A stretch of DNA of 64,000 nucleotides from a virus (IMGVR_UViG_3300042731_011319:1-64000), one strand, 5' to 3'; positions 28,465 through 37,236 are shown, counted from the stretch's first letter. The notes: a model not told the origin generated them from the letters alone. Translations and numbers: made by a program.

Positions 28465-29112
28465 TTAGAAATTAAAACCAAGAGATACTCCAAATACGAA
28501 CTCTCGTTCGATTTCATCAGAATCTACAAGGTCAATGGAAAATCCTGCTTCAGCATCTCCGACACTACGAGTAAGTTCTGCTCCAACAGCATAATATGTG
28601 CGCTCATCAGATGATGTAACCTCAGTATTACCAATAGAACCATCAAGATTCAATCCAGCGAACGATAAATCAAGACTATGAGACAATGAGCCTTCGTATG
28701 TGTATAAACTGCGGTTGACATTGCGATAGATGCTCACAGAAGGAGAAAGCAAGGCATTTGAACTAGCAGTAATAACTACCTCAGAGAGAGCTTCTCCGGC
28801 CACATCTTCATAATGATTGAATCCACCGTATAGACTAAGTAGGCCATCAAGAACTGATGATCCTAATCCTGCGGCAAAACCATAACTATCAACACCTGCA
28901 TCAACAGATTGATTAGTGCATGCATGAGCTGATGCCTCTAGCCCAACAACTTGTGTTTCTAGATCAAGCTTTGATTGAAATGATTCAAGAGCTTTTTGCT
29001 CGCCTCTATAGATGAAGTCAGAGACATATCCAATGCTTGCAGAGTTGCCATAAGTGGCGACGTTAGTAATAAGCCCAAGGGCTGCGAATAATGATACGAT
29101 TTTAGTTTTCAT
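28465..29112 (-). CDS. Outer-membrane beta-barrel, TorF/TIGR02001-like putative porin
   Basis: Signal peptide, YVSDFIYRG motif, amphipathic strands, C-terminal GVSLGFNF. Confidence 0.7.
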   Translation of the reverse strand: MKTKIVSLFAALGLITNVATYGNSASIGYVSDFIYRGEQKALESFQSKLDLETQVVGLEASAHACTNQSVDAGVDSYGFAAGLGSSVLDGLLSLYGGFNHYEDVAGEALSEVVITASSNALLSPSVSIYRNVNRSLYTYEGSLSHSLDLSFAGLNLDGSIGNTEVTSSDERTYYAVGAELTRSVGDAEAGFSIDLVDSDEIEREFVFGVSLGFNF

Positions 29113-29130
29113 ATATTGTTAGGGTTTAGT

Positions 29131-29721
29131 TTATTTAATGCGAACCTCTTTCCATACGACAGATTTTGCTTTCACTTGATCGCGAATACGTCGCTGGTTT
29201 GCATTAAGCTGGCTTTTGCCACTCTTAACTTCGATGAATGTGATTTCATCTTCGCCAAAGGATATATAATCAATTGGCTTGCCAAGAAAGTTACATTGTT
29301 CGGGTTCAAAATCAAATTGATCTAAGAAAGGAGCTAGTGTTTCAGCTATATGGCCTAACCTAACTTCACTACTTTTTTTTTGGCTAGTGACTTTTTTACG
29401 AGCCTCAGTTTCGTCAAGTAATTGTTTCTCTAGATCGGCGAAATCTTTTAAAAGTTTTTTTTCTTTATTATTTAATTCGAGCTTTTGTTCTTTAATTAAT
29501 TCCTGTTCTTTTATAAAAGAAGATTGTAAATTATGAATTGTTTGATTTAAAGAATTTTCTCTATTATTAAATTCAGATACTTTTTGGTTTAGTTGATCTT
29601 TTAATTGATTGTTTTCGGCAATTAAAGATTCAGCGTTAAATTGAGATTGTTTATTAAAATATAGTTTATAACTTAAATATATTATACATCCAAGTAGGAT
29701 AATTTCAATAAAAAAATTCAA
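29131..29721 (-). CDS. Membrane-anchored Holliday-junction-resolvase-like endonuclease (Endonuc_Holl-like)
   Basis: N-terminal TM and coiled coil; G.IAE.LAPFL...FLGKPIDYI.F...FIEVKSG...QRRIR. Confidence 0.8.
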   Translation of the reverse strand: MNFFIEIILLGCIIYLSYKLYFNKQSQFNAESLIAENNQLKDQLNQKVSEFNNRENSLNQTIHNLQSSFIKEQELIKEQKLELNNKEKKLLKDFADLEKQLLDETEARKKVTSQKKSSEVRLGHIAETLAPFLDQFDFEPEQCNFLGKPIDYISFGEDEITFIEVKSGKSQLNANQRRIRDQVKAKSVVWKEVRIK

Positions 29722-29724
29722 AAC

Positions 29725-29964
29725 TCACTTTTTTGTGATGGAGATGATGCGGTCATGACGAAAAGATCGAACAGCTTTTCTGCCAAAACAGTATGCCTTA
29801 AATCCAGCATTATCTCGATGCTCGCCTTTGTTGCCAAAAGATTTATATAAATTAATATCACCAATTAAATAAGTTTTTATTTTATTATGGCGACCTTTAT
29901 AAACCACATAATACTGCTGGCCAAAGAAAAAAGATTTAATTCGATTATATATTTTATTGATCAT
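29725..29964 (-). CDS. Small WYL/SH3-like protein
   Basis: FKAYC...VRSFRHDRI resembles a WYL-domain C-terminus. Confidence 0.5.
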   Translation of the reverse strand: MINKIYNRIKSFFFGQQYYVVYKGRHNKIKTYLIGDINLYKSFGNKGEHRDNAGFKAYCFGRKAVRSFRHDRIISITKK

Positions 29965-30157
29965 CTAATGGAATGTTATGTTTTTTACAATATGCATAGC
30001 TATAGCCCGCATTAAAAGCAAACTTGTCTATAAACATGCATGCACCGATTACGATAATTGAGCGCCATAAATCTAACCCTGAGTTGTAAAATAAAACAAA
30101 CAAAATTATAATGTAAGGACAAAATTTATTTAATGAATAATTTATTATTGCATTCAT
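29954..30157 (-). CDS. Small membrane protein
   Basis: Two hydrophobic segments; coupled ORF. Confidence 0.55.
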   Translation of the reverse strand: MNAIINYSLNKFCPYIIILFVLFYNSGLDLWRSIIVIGACMFIDKFAFNAGYSYAYCKKHNIPLDDQ

Positions 30158-30582
30158 CTTCCAGAGCTTCCGAAACCTCCCATATTGCGATCAGATTGAC
30201 TCAATGATTCAGTTTCCATAAGCTGAACCGCAGGCAGTCGTAAGAATACAATTTGACCTACTTTGTCCCCAATCTTGTATTGGGTATTACTTTCATCTGT
30301 AGAGAAGCGTAGTTTAATTTCTCCTCGATATCCGCTATCAATAACTCCTACAGAGTTCCTGAGAAAATGCTTTGTGTTAGTAATGCTAGAACGAGGGAAA
30401 ATAAACCCAGCATATCCTTTTGGTATTTCTAGTGAAATGCCTGTGCATATTTCAACAAAAACCCCAGAAGACATTGAGGGATATGTTACCGCTGTAGCAT
30501 ATAAATCAAAGCCGGCATCGGTTGGATGAGCTTTGGCAGGAATTTGAGCATTCGGACTTAGACGCTGAAACTTTACTTTCAT
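30154..30582 (-). CDS. dut: Trimeric dUTPase
   Basis: AGFDL, PRSS, GVIDSGYRGEI, GD..GQ, R..GGFGSSG; start MKVKF. Confidence 0.95.
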   Translation of the reverse strand: MKVKFQRLSPNAQIPAKAHPTDAGFDLYATAVTYPSMSSGVFVEICTGISLEIPKGYAGFIFPRSSITNTKHFLRNSVGVIDSGYRGEIKLRFSTDESNTQYKIGDKVGQIVFLRLPAVQLMETESLSQSDRNMGGFGSSGR

Positions 30583-30583
30583 A

Positions 30584-30796
30584 TTAATATACTTTTTCAG
30601 GAGAGCTTGTATAAATAAGAGCAACTTTGTGCATAGTAGTTTGATCCCATTGCTTAAGCATGTTAACTAATATTTCCGCACGATATTCTGCATCAGCTTT
30701 AGATGAATAATTTTTAGATTCAATCCGTCTGCCATCACGAGTAACAACATAGACATTATCACGATCTTTTGATACATTTCTTTTGATTAATTTCAT
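30584..30796 (-). CDS. Hypothetical protein (start revised to ATG 30796)
   Basis: MKLIKRN...YVVTRDGRRIE; 10 nt below a -10 box. Confidence 0.6.
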   Translation of the reverse strand: MKLIKRNVSKDRDNVYVVTRDGRRIESKNYSSKADAEYRAEILVNMLKQWDQTTMHKVALIYTSSPEKVY

Positions 30797-30806
30797 ATTA
30801 AAGACA

Positions 30807-30835
30807 ATTTTACCATGCATTATGTATATAGTCAA
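30807..30835 (-). promoter_or_regulatory. sigma70-type promoter
   Basis: TTGACT-N17-TAAAAT with TG extension. Confidence 0.75.
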
Positions 30836-30890
30836 GTTTTTTTTAAAAAAAAAATTCAACTTTGGTAGAAATAGATGTAATATAAATGGT

Positions 30891-31697
30891 ATGACAAAAC
30901 GAAAAATACTTATCATGGGACTACCGGGATCAGGCAAAACAACACTTGCCGAAATACTGGTCAGGAAACTAAATGCAGCATGGTTTAATGCAGATGCAGT
31001 AAGACAAGAAATCCATAAAGATTTAGGATTTACTGCGGAAGATAGGTTAGAACATGCTACTCGCATGGGTAAGCTATGTGATTGGGCGAAATTAGGCGGC
31101 TCTTATGTAATCGCTGATTTTGTATGCCCAACTAAAGAAGCAAGAGCTGCATTTAATCCTGATTTTGTAATCTGGGTAGATAGAATCCAAGAGGGCAGAT
31201 ATGAAGACACGAATAAAATGTTTGAGAAGCCTGAAAATGCAGATGTAATTCTGCGAGAAGGATCCCCTGATGAATGGGCGCAACAAGCTCTTGAGGGTTT
31301 GTATAAAACAGAGGCATGGGACAACCAAGCTCCAACAGCATTACTCATAGGAAGGTATCAACCTTTTCATATTGGACATAAAACACTAGTTGCAGAATCG
31401 ATTAAAAGAACAGGTCAATGCTGTATTGCATTGAGAGATGTTGGAGGAATCGACGAAAAGAATCCTTACGATTTCAACAAAGTAAAAGCAGAAATAGAAT
31501 CAGCATGCGTTGAATTTGGTAATAAAATAAAAATTGTAGAATTGCCAAATATTACCGATGTTTTTTACGGACGTGGAGTTGGTTACAATATTGAACAACT
31601 GGAATTAAGTAAAGAACTTCAAGAAGTCTCTGCAACCAAAATTCGTGCAGGAGAAATTGGGCAAGACGGCAAACCTTTAGGTAAAAGACCAGAGTAG
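30891..31697 (+). CDS. cysC: Adenylylsulfate kinase fused to a HIGH-motif nucleotidyltransferase
   Basis: GLPGSGKTT, NADAVR..DLGF..EDR, ADFVCP (APS kinase); GRYQPFHIGH, NPY, YGRGVGY, SATKIR (NTase); start MTKRK at 30891. Confidence 0.85.
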   Translation: MTKRKILIMGLPGSGKTTLAEILVRKLNAAWFNADAVRQEIHKDLGFTAEDRLEHATRMGKLCDWAKLGGSYVIADFVCPTKEARAAFNPDFVIWVDRIQEGRYEDTNKMFEKPENADVILREGSPDEWAQQALEGLYKTEAWDNQAPTALLIGRYQPFHIGHKTLVAESIKRTGQCCIALRDVGGIDEKNPYDFNKVKAEIESACVEFGNKIKIVELPNITDVFYGRGVGYNIEQLELSKELQEVSATKIRAGEIGQDGKPLGKRPE

Positions 31698-31710
31698 TAA
31701 CATATTTAAA

Positions 31711-32073
31711 TGGTGGACACGAGCGGAGTCGAACCGCTGTCTTTAAACCTTTAAAGATATACATCTACAAGTTTAGTTTATTTTTTTTATAGTTGTGATA
31801 TAAACATCTAACTACTTGTTTCAATTATTTACAGTTTGTGATACAAGTAAACTTTTTCTGTTTTGCAGATAAATGACCCCACAATCCTTCTATCTGCATC
31901 AAAGGTTGTGAGGTAGCAGAACTAAGCTGCTAAAGCAAGCTCGCGCTTTTTGAAGGCGAAAGCTTTAATACGTGACTTATTGCCATGTAGATTTTTGCAC
32001 CTTTTTAAGGAGCCAGATGCAACTCCTACTTGCAGTATACCAATCCAATTTAAATCAAATCCAGTACGTGCCC
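31711..32073 (-). ncRNA. ssrA: tmRNA
   Basis: 5' GGGCACG pairs with 3' CGTGTCC (G3-U wobble), then ACCA; T-arm AGCGG-TTCGACT-CCGCT; GGATTTGA D-loop; pk1 GGAG/CTCC and TTGCATCT/AGGTGCAA; 363 nt. Confidence 0.95.
31922..31984 (-). other. tmRNA tag reading frame (A)GNKSRIKAFAFKKRELALAA*
   Basis: Open frame just after pk1, ending LALAA-TAG; resume codon GGC inferred from position. Confidence 0.8.
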
Positions 32074-32101
32074 ATAAAATATTAAAGAACAAAAAAATAA
32101 T

Positions 32102-32106
32102 TACAC
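32102..32106 (-). promoter_or_regulatory. GTGTA element upstream of tmRNA
   Basis: 28 nt before the mature 5' end. Confidence 0.55.
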
Positions 32107-32109
32107 TAA

Positions 32110-33234
32110 TTATTGACCTTGTGCAATCTCTTGATTGCCATCTTGAGTTGTAATAGGGTTCTGGGATCTAGCAGCTTCATAAAGAGCATTATAGTTTTTG
32201 GTTACTTTTTGATATCTACGCCTAGTTATTGTTCTGAGTGATTCTTCGCTCATTCTGCTGGGCCCTTCTTCGCTAAATAATTTTAAGATAGCTATATCTT
32301 TTTCTGTAACATCTACTTCCCATTTAATTTGATATCCGAAATCAGGAATCGGCGATGACAATTCCGGCGCAAAAGCCCTAGGCTGATCAGCACTTTTAGA
32401 TTCGGTCCAAGTAAATACTGGAACAACACCATGCCAAGTTTCGTGAAAAGCACCGATATTAATCTTGGGTTCAACTACAGAATTATCGATACGAGAAGGA
32501 TTAATTCGGTCAAATAAATTATTATAAGCCAACGGAAATCCAAAATCGTTTTCTTCATAAGAATAGACATGCAAATATTTGAATAAATTAAATGCAGACC
32601 ATGAGCCATGGTCAGCATTTTTCAAAACCAATCTTCTTTGAGCTGAAGGATCGAGCTTTTTAAAATTTTCATAAAAACGATCCGCAAAATCACAATAAGA
32701 ATCATGATCTTCTTTTGCTGGTTGAGAATTTAAATGAAGCAAGATAGGCGCAGAGATATTTTCCTGCAACCCAATTTCATCAAGAAACCAAGAGTAGAAA
32801 TTAATTTCTTTGATTGATTTTTCAACGACTGCATCATCATCATCAATAAGTTTACAGAATTTATCAGGCTGAATAGATAAAGAAACTCCTTTTGTAATCG
32901 AAGCCCTTCCAATTGATTGAATAGCTTCCGTAACCTGTCCATAGTTAGGTAGGTCTTGAATGGATAAATCAAACGAAGGATCAGAAAGAATACCAAATAC
33001 GGTAGCATTTAATCTATAATGATCAATTCCGCTATCTCTACAGAAATCAATAATTTTAATTGTAAGATTAAGATTTTTTAAGATCTCAGACTGCAATTGA
33101 TTTATTGCAGCCTCATCTCCTTGCTGAGAAGCTAATTCGGTATAAGCCTTGCGAGTTAAGCCGACGAACTGATTGGCGGGATCCTCTTGTTGGAGGATTT
33201 TAGAATTACAAACTAATCCGTATTTGGTATTCAT
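32110..33234 (-). CDS. UvsE/UVDE-fold protein with degenerate active site
   Basis: YGLVC, NL, GI.HYRL, RLVLKN, K.IAIL scaffold; most metal ligands substituted. Confidence 0.75.
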   Translation of the reverse strand: MNTKYGLVCNSKILQQEDPANQFVGLTRKAYTELASQQGDEAAINQLQSEILKNLNLTIKIIDFCRDSGIDHYRLNATVFGILSDPSFDLSIQDLPNYGQVTEAIQSIGRASITKGVSLSIQPDKFCKLIDDDDAVVEKSIKEINFYSWFLDEIGLQENISAPILLHLNSQPAKEDHDSYCDFADRFYENFKKLDPSAQRRLVLKNADHGSWSAFNLFKYLHVYSYEENDFGFPLAYNNLFDRINPSRIDNSVVEPKINIGAFHETWHGVVPVFTWTESKSADQPRAFAPELSSPIPDFGYQIKWEVDVTEKDIAILKLFSEEGPSRMSEESLRTITRRRYQKVTKNYNALYEAARSQNPITTQDGNQEIAQGQ

Positions 33235-33239
33235 TCAAT

Positions 33240-33515
33240 TTAAATAAGATCGATTTCTTCTACCTCTTCTGCAGGAGTATCAAGATCAGAGGAGTTCGTT
33301 ACTTGAACCGTGGAATCTCCCTGCTCTTTCTGGCGATAGATCCTGAAGTCAGGAGCTTTAGGATTTTCATCCTTGTACTTATTCTTAAATAGAATAACCT
33401 TCTCGCCATTCACTTGACCGGTAAGATACTTCTCGTTACCACCGTTCTTTACGTTAACCCAAAGGGCTCCAATTTCTCTATCACTCCACTCATTATTATC
33501 TTTATTTTCACTCAT
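33240..33515 (-). CDS. DUF736-like / putative ssDNA-binding protein
   Basis: EIGALW...YLTG...FKN....NPKAPDFRIY plus acidic tail EEVEEIDLI. Confidence 0.6.
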   Translation of the reverse strand: MSENKDNNEWSDREIGALWVNVKNGGNEKYLTGQVNGEKVILFKNKYKDENPKAPDFRIYRQKEQGDSTVQVTNSSDLDTPAEEVEEIDLI

Positions 33516-33520
33516 AATTT

Positions 33521-33549
33521 ATTATATAGTATATTAATATTTAATTCAA
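33521..33549 (-). promoter_or_regulatory. sigma70-type promoter (leaderless)
   Basis: TTGAAT-N17-TATAAT-N5-ATG. Confidence 0.7.
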
Positions 33550-33631
33550 AATTTTCTAATTTCACCACTGTTTTTACATAGTATGTAAGCTACGAAAAGC
33601 ATTATTAATATTTTAATTGTTATCATGTTTT

Positions 33632-34168
33632 TTATCTGTATTGTTTTCTTAGTAGACGCCAGCGATCAGAATCGATAGGTTTGCTGCCATTATCTATAGC
33701 ATACAACATATCTATGATTTCGTCAAGCGAATTATAAATATATTTGTGGGGCATCATGCCAAGCATCCATAATGGGGTCTTTGCTTTGCCGCCTTCCATG
33801 CTGATAAAGATTGGTTTTTTCATGCGTACTGCGGTGACGATTTCTTCGCCGCTTCCCCAGCTTGCAACTTCTGGTACAAGATGGGCAACAATAAAATCAC
33901 TACGATCAACAAGGTTCAAGTCATATGAACGAACAGTCTTCATTTTCTCTGCGACACGATCATATTGCTTGGTCTTCATCCAAGTCTCCATCTCAACACG
34001 AGAAGCTTCGTCTTCTTCCACATCCTTAATAAAAGGTTTTTCATAGGGATTAAAACAGGTGATATTAAGGTCCGAAAGTTTTTCGGTTACTTCTTGTCGC
34101 CAGTCTCGACCGCTCAAGTACTGCATGTGGCCAACTAAATATGTTTTTGTTTTATATAAAAGATTCAT
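33632..34168 (-). CDS. Nucleoside 2-deoxyribosyltransferase-like protein
   Basis: YLVGHM, WR, FNP, DL..VDRSD, SWGSGEE, KPI. Confidence 0.75.
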   Translation of the reverse strand: MNLLYKTKTYLVGHMQYLSGRDWRQEVTEKLSDLNITCFNPYEKPFIKDVEEDEASRVEMETWMKTKQYDRVAEKMKTVRSYDLNLVDRSDFIVAHLVPEVASWGSGEEIVTAVRMKKPIFISMEGGKAKTPLWMLGMMPHKYIYNSLDEIIDMLYAIDNGSKPIDSDRWRLLRKQYR

Positions 34169-34178
34169 ACTGCCATAT

Positions 34179-34207
34179 AATATAGCAAATATGAATTAGT
34201 TTGTCAA
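34179..34207 (-). promoter_or_regulatory. sigma70-type promoter
   Basis: TTGACA-N17-TATATT with TG extension. Confidence 0.8.
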
Positions 34208-34217
34208 CACTAATATT

Positions 34218-34349
34218 TCAACCTCGATTATAGATGTTAAACATGTTGCCAGCCTCATTTTGAGAAGTTACAAATTCACCAAGCACAAGCTTGCCTAACT
34301 TAGGTAAGTCGGATATTTTAGCTGGTCGGATTTTTGCTTTAAGGTGCAC
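34218..34349 (-). pseudogene. GNAT acetyltransferase N-terminal fragment (43 aa)
   Basis: GTG start; KIRPAKISDLPKLGKL is a typical GNAT beta1-alpha1 opening, but the frame stops early. Confidence 0.45.
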
Positions 34350-34354
34350 CAGTA

Positions 34355-34726
34355 TTACGCATCGTAAACGCGATGTAGTGAATTTACCTCAAGAACAATA
34401 ATCTTACCCAAGTTTTCTCCATTTGGACGAACAGGATCAAAAGGCTTTAACTCCTCTTCTGTTAAGCCTGAATCAAGTAGCGCTTGCTTTTCTTCTTCAG
34501 ATAACCTGGAAGTGGGTAGAGTCCATCCAACTGCACTCTTTATTGCAGAAATAACTGAATCAACCTCTGAGTCTTCACAATATTTTTCGACCCTTGTTGA
34601 GGTTTGCTGATTACCTGTTGAGTCAATTCCGTAACATGAACTAAAACTAAGTGCGGATACTTGATCACTAATTTTGTGTATTATATTAGGATCATGTAAA
34701 GGTAAGTATGCGATTACTAATTTCAT
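34355..34726 (-). CDS. P-II (GlnB/GlnK)-fold protein with shortened T-loop
   Basis: MKLVIAYL, SALSFSSCYG, RVEKYCEDSEVDSVISAI and GKIIVLEVNSLHRV align to GlnB core elements. Confidence 0.7.
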   Translation of the reverse strand: MKLVIAYLPLHDPNIIHKISDQVSALSFSSCYGIDSTGNQQTSTRVEKYCEDSEVDSVISAIKSAVGWTLPTSRLSEEEKQALLDSGLTEEELKPFDPVRPNGENLGKIIVLEVNSLHRVYDA

Positions 34727-34728
34727 AA

Positions 34729-36435
34729 TTATGTCCACTCAGATTTCCATGGTATTATTGCAGAACCGCCAGTAGCCCAGCCGCTATTATGGTCACCACT
34801 AGTTAAATATATTGGAGTACATGTATCACTCTCACTACTTCGGGTATTAAATTGAACCTGATAATTTTTTGTCTGATTTCCACCGGGGTAATATGAGTTA
34901 TCTGGGATCACAAAGGATTTAACATAATCTAGACCACTCCTTGATTGTTGGACGCCACTTTTTAATATGTTCACAAATGCCTCATAATACTTATATGCCC
35001 CGCTTCCAGATGGACTGGTAAGTTGCCAAACTTGCATATGGTCATCGCCTCCTGTAACATAAATATATACTCTTCCTGTTGATGGATTAATACCGCAAAT
35101 CAACATGTGATGCTTATACTTTTGCGAATCTGTCAAAGTTGCAGGCCCTGGGCTGGTTAAATAATCAGATGTAATAGGGAAATATTTTTTATTACCAACG
35201 TAACTATACGCACTAGGACCGTATGGTGTGTTGAGGGCACCTTTCGTCATATTCCAAATTTCCGCATTATCTACTTGGGTGTTACCGTTGCTTTCGTATC
35301 CGAAGCCCATGATCATATCGCCATTTGATCTTCGGCATGCTATATTCCATCCATTCCCAAATGCATTACCTCCACCTGTAAAAACACCATCCACTCCCTT
35401 GTCTGCAATAGTTGCTGCACCGGTTGATAAATTTACATCAATATGAGAAAAGAAATTAGCTGAATATTTAATATATATTCTTGCAGTACCACCTACATAT
35501 GCACCATCAGTCCACATGTGTGGCCATGGCGTGTCCCAAGCTGTTGTATGTTTAAAAGGCCAGGATGTGCTATTACTATAACCTGCAGAATCACGCGGGA
35601 GTATATGACTAACTAATGTGCCGTCCAGTTTGTACTGAGCCAAATGCTGGCCAGTGGTGGAAGCACCATAATTCGAAACAAATACCCAAGTGTCATTTTC
35701 ACCAGTTATAACAACTGGTGGGCACATAACATTTCCCTTTGACCACCCTGCTCCTCCACCCGAAGAAAAAGTTCGATAGGATCGCCAGGCAGGGTTGCCT
35801 GAGTCATCAGTCATCCATACTGCATCAGCATTGCTACCCCCTGCAGATACAACTCCGGCGGCAGTTTTAGTATTTGTCGGTAAGGGTAGCCAGCTACCGT
35901 CAGCATTTAACCATTCTTTTGATGCCACTTCTGTAGCTGATGGTCCGGGCACTAATCCCGCATATTCACTGCCAAAAGTTCGATGGGATCGCCAGCCGGG
36001 ATTGCCTGAAGCATCAGTCATCCATACTGCATGGGTATTAGCAGCCCCTGCAGAAACTAATCCTTCTACAGTCTTTGAATTTGTACGAACACTGCCCCAA
36101 CCAGGGTTGCCATCCGCATCAGTAGTCCATACTGCATGGGCATTGCTGCCCCCTGCAGATACAACTCCGGCGTCAGTCTTGGTATTCGCAAAAAAACTAA
36201 TCGGCCTCCAGTTTCCATCAGCAACAAGTATTTCTTTAGCGACCATTTCAGTTTCAGTTGGGCCGGGCACTAAGCCTTTGACATCTTTGGAAAATACTTG
36301 TTGTAGTTGCATCAGCTCGTGAACTGATATTTTATAAGTGATCGCACTATCAAAATCAGAAATCGCTAAAAGATCCTGATCGTTTAGAGAGTTTGCGGCA
36401 GGGGAAGTTAAATTGCGAATAGTATTAAATGACAT
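34729..36435 (-). CDS. Tail fibre / receptor-binding protein A
   Basis: GLVPGP...ADGxW and GVVSAG...W.TD..GNP.W repeats, then a unique Gly/aromatic-rich C-terminal domain. Confidence 0.75.
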   Translation of the reverse strand: MSFNTIRNLTSPAANSLNDQDLLAISDFDSAITYKISVHELMQLQQVFSKDVKGLVPGPTETEMVAKEILVADGNWRPISFFANTKTDAGVVSAGGSNAHAVWTTDADGNPGWGSVRTNSKTVEGLVSAGAANTHAVWMTDASGNPGWRSHRTFGSEYAGLVPGPSATEVASKEWLNADGSWLPLPTNTKTAAGVVSAGGSNADAVWMTDDSGNPAWRSYRTFSSGGGAGWSKGNVMCPPVVITGENDTWVFVSNYGASTTGQHLAQYKLDGTLVSHILPRDSAGYSNSTSWPFKHTTAWDTPWPHMWTDGAYVGGTARIYIKYSANFFSHIDVNLSTGAATIADKGVDGVFTGGGNAFGNGWNIACRRSNGDMIMGFGYESNGNTQVDNAEIWNMTKGALNTPYGPSAYSYVGNKKYFPITSDYLTSPGPATLTDSQKYKHHMLICGINPSTGRVYIYVTGGDDHMQVWQLTSPSGSGAYKYYEAFVNILKSGVQQSRSGLDYVKSFVIPDNSYYPGGNQTKNYQVQFNTRSSESDTCTPIYLTSGDHNSGWATGGSAIIPWKSEWT

Positions 36436-36444
36436 AACAAGAAA

Positions 36445-37236
36445 TTAAAATTCATATATTAAAACAGAAAGAAATCCAGAATCAAGCCCTTGGCCGTTTT
36501 GATCTGCAATAAATACATCGATATATTGTGTCGATTTCTTCACTTCAACATGAGACAAGCTAGAACTAGAAAATGAATTAAATAAATCGCTAGTTGAGCA
36601 TACTACCTGATAATCAGATACACTTGAATAAGTAAAACCACTAAACCACAAACGATACATGCCAACGCCCAGCCTTCCTATTGTTAACCCTTTGCTTTTA
36701 ATACTAGGAGTAGTGCCCAATGTAACTTGACCCCCACGAGTTGGAACCAGTTGATTATGTAATGAGCTATTAACAGTTAAAGTTCCATCAACTTCCATAG
36801 ATGAACCAGAAATTGTAACAAAATTATCTTGAGCTAAATCGCCAACAATTAACTCGTCAGATAGGTGTCCGGATATGCCGTCTAAATCTTGATAATATCC
36901 ACTAGTACCGCTGACCCTTCCAAGGTCATATTGATAAATAAAATTTTCAGATCCGACTAAAACTGAACCGCTAATAAATTGAATATATTGGTCTCCAGCT
37001 AAATTAGTTGCCGAGCCACCGCGTGGCTCACCAAGTTCAGCAATTTTGACCCAGTCAGTATTATTATTTTCTCCAGTCTTTTCATACAAGAAATTGCTCG
37101 AAAGATCTAAAAATTTAGACCCACGTATTCCAGCTGCTTTTGAACTCTTGGCATCTCCTGTAGGGGGAGCAAAGTCAGAAATAAAAGGCTGACGTATGCC
37201 TAAATTTGAATTTACAAAATCTTCGAAAGCTCCCAT
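36445..37236 (-). CDS. Putative virion structural protein
   Basis: In the tail operon; G/S-rich; C-terminal GVGMYRL motif of fibre-type domains. Confidence 0.6.
   Translation of the reverse strand: MGAFEDFVNSNLGIRQPFISDFAPPTGDAKSSKAAGIRGSKFLDLSSNFLYEKTGENNNTDWVKIAELGEPRGGSATNLAGDQYIQFISGSVLVGSENFIYQYDLGRVSGTSGYYQDLDGISGHLSDELIVGDLAQDNFVTISGSSMEVDGTLTVNSSLHNQLVPTRGGQVTLGTTPSIKSKGLTIGRLGVGMYRLWFSGFTYSSVSDYQVVCSTSDLFNSFSSSSLSHVEVKKSTQYIDVFIADQNGQGLDSGFLSVLIYEF

Noticed and set aside
31711-31745. Stand-alone tRNA or attachment-site fragment
   Set aside because: It pairs with a 5' end at 32073 and encloses a tag frame, so it is the tmRNA 3' end.
31552-32153. ORFs 31552-31764 and 31950-32153
   Set aside because: They overlap cysC and the tmRNA and have no protein features; treated as shadow ORFs.
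33574-33588. TTACATA-G-TATGTAA palindrome as an operator
   Set aside because: I noticed only one AT-rich occurrence, which could arise by chance.
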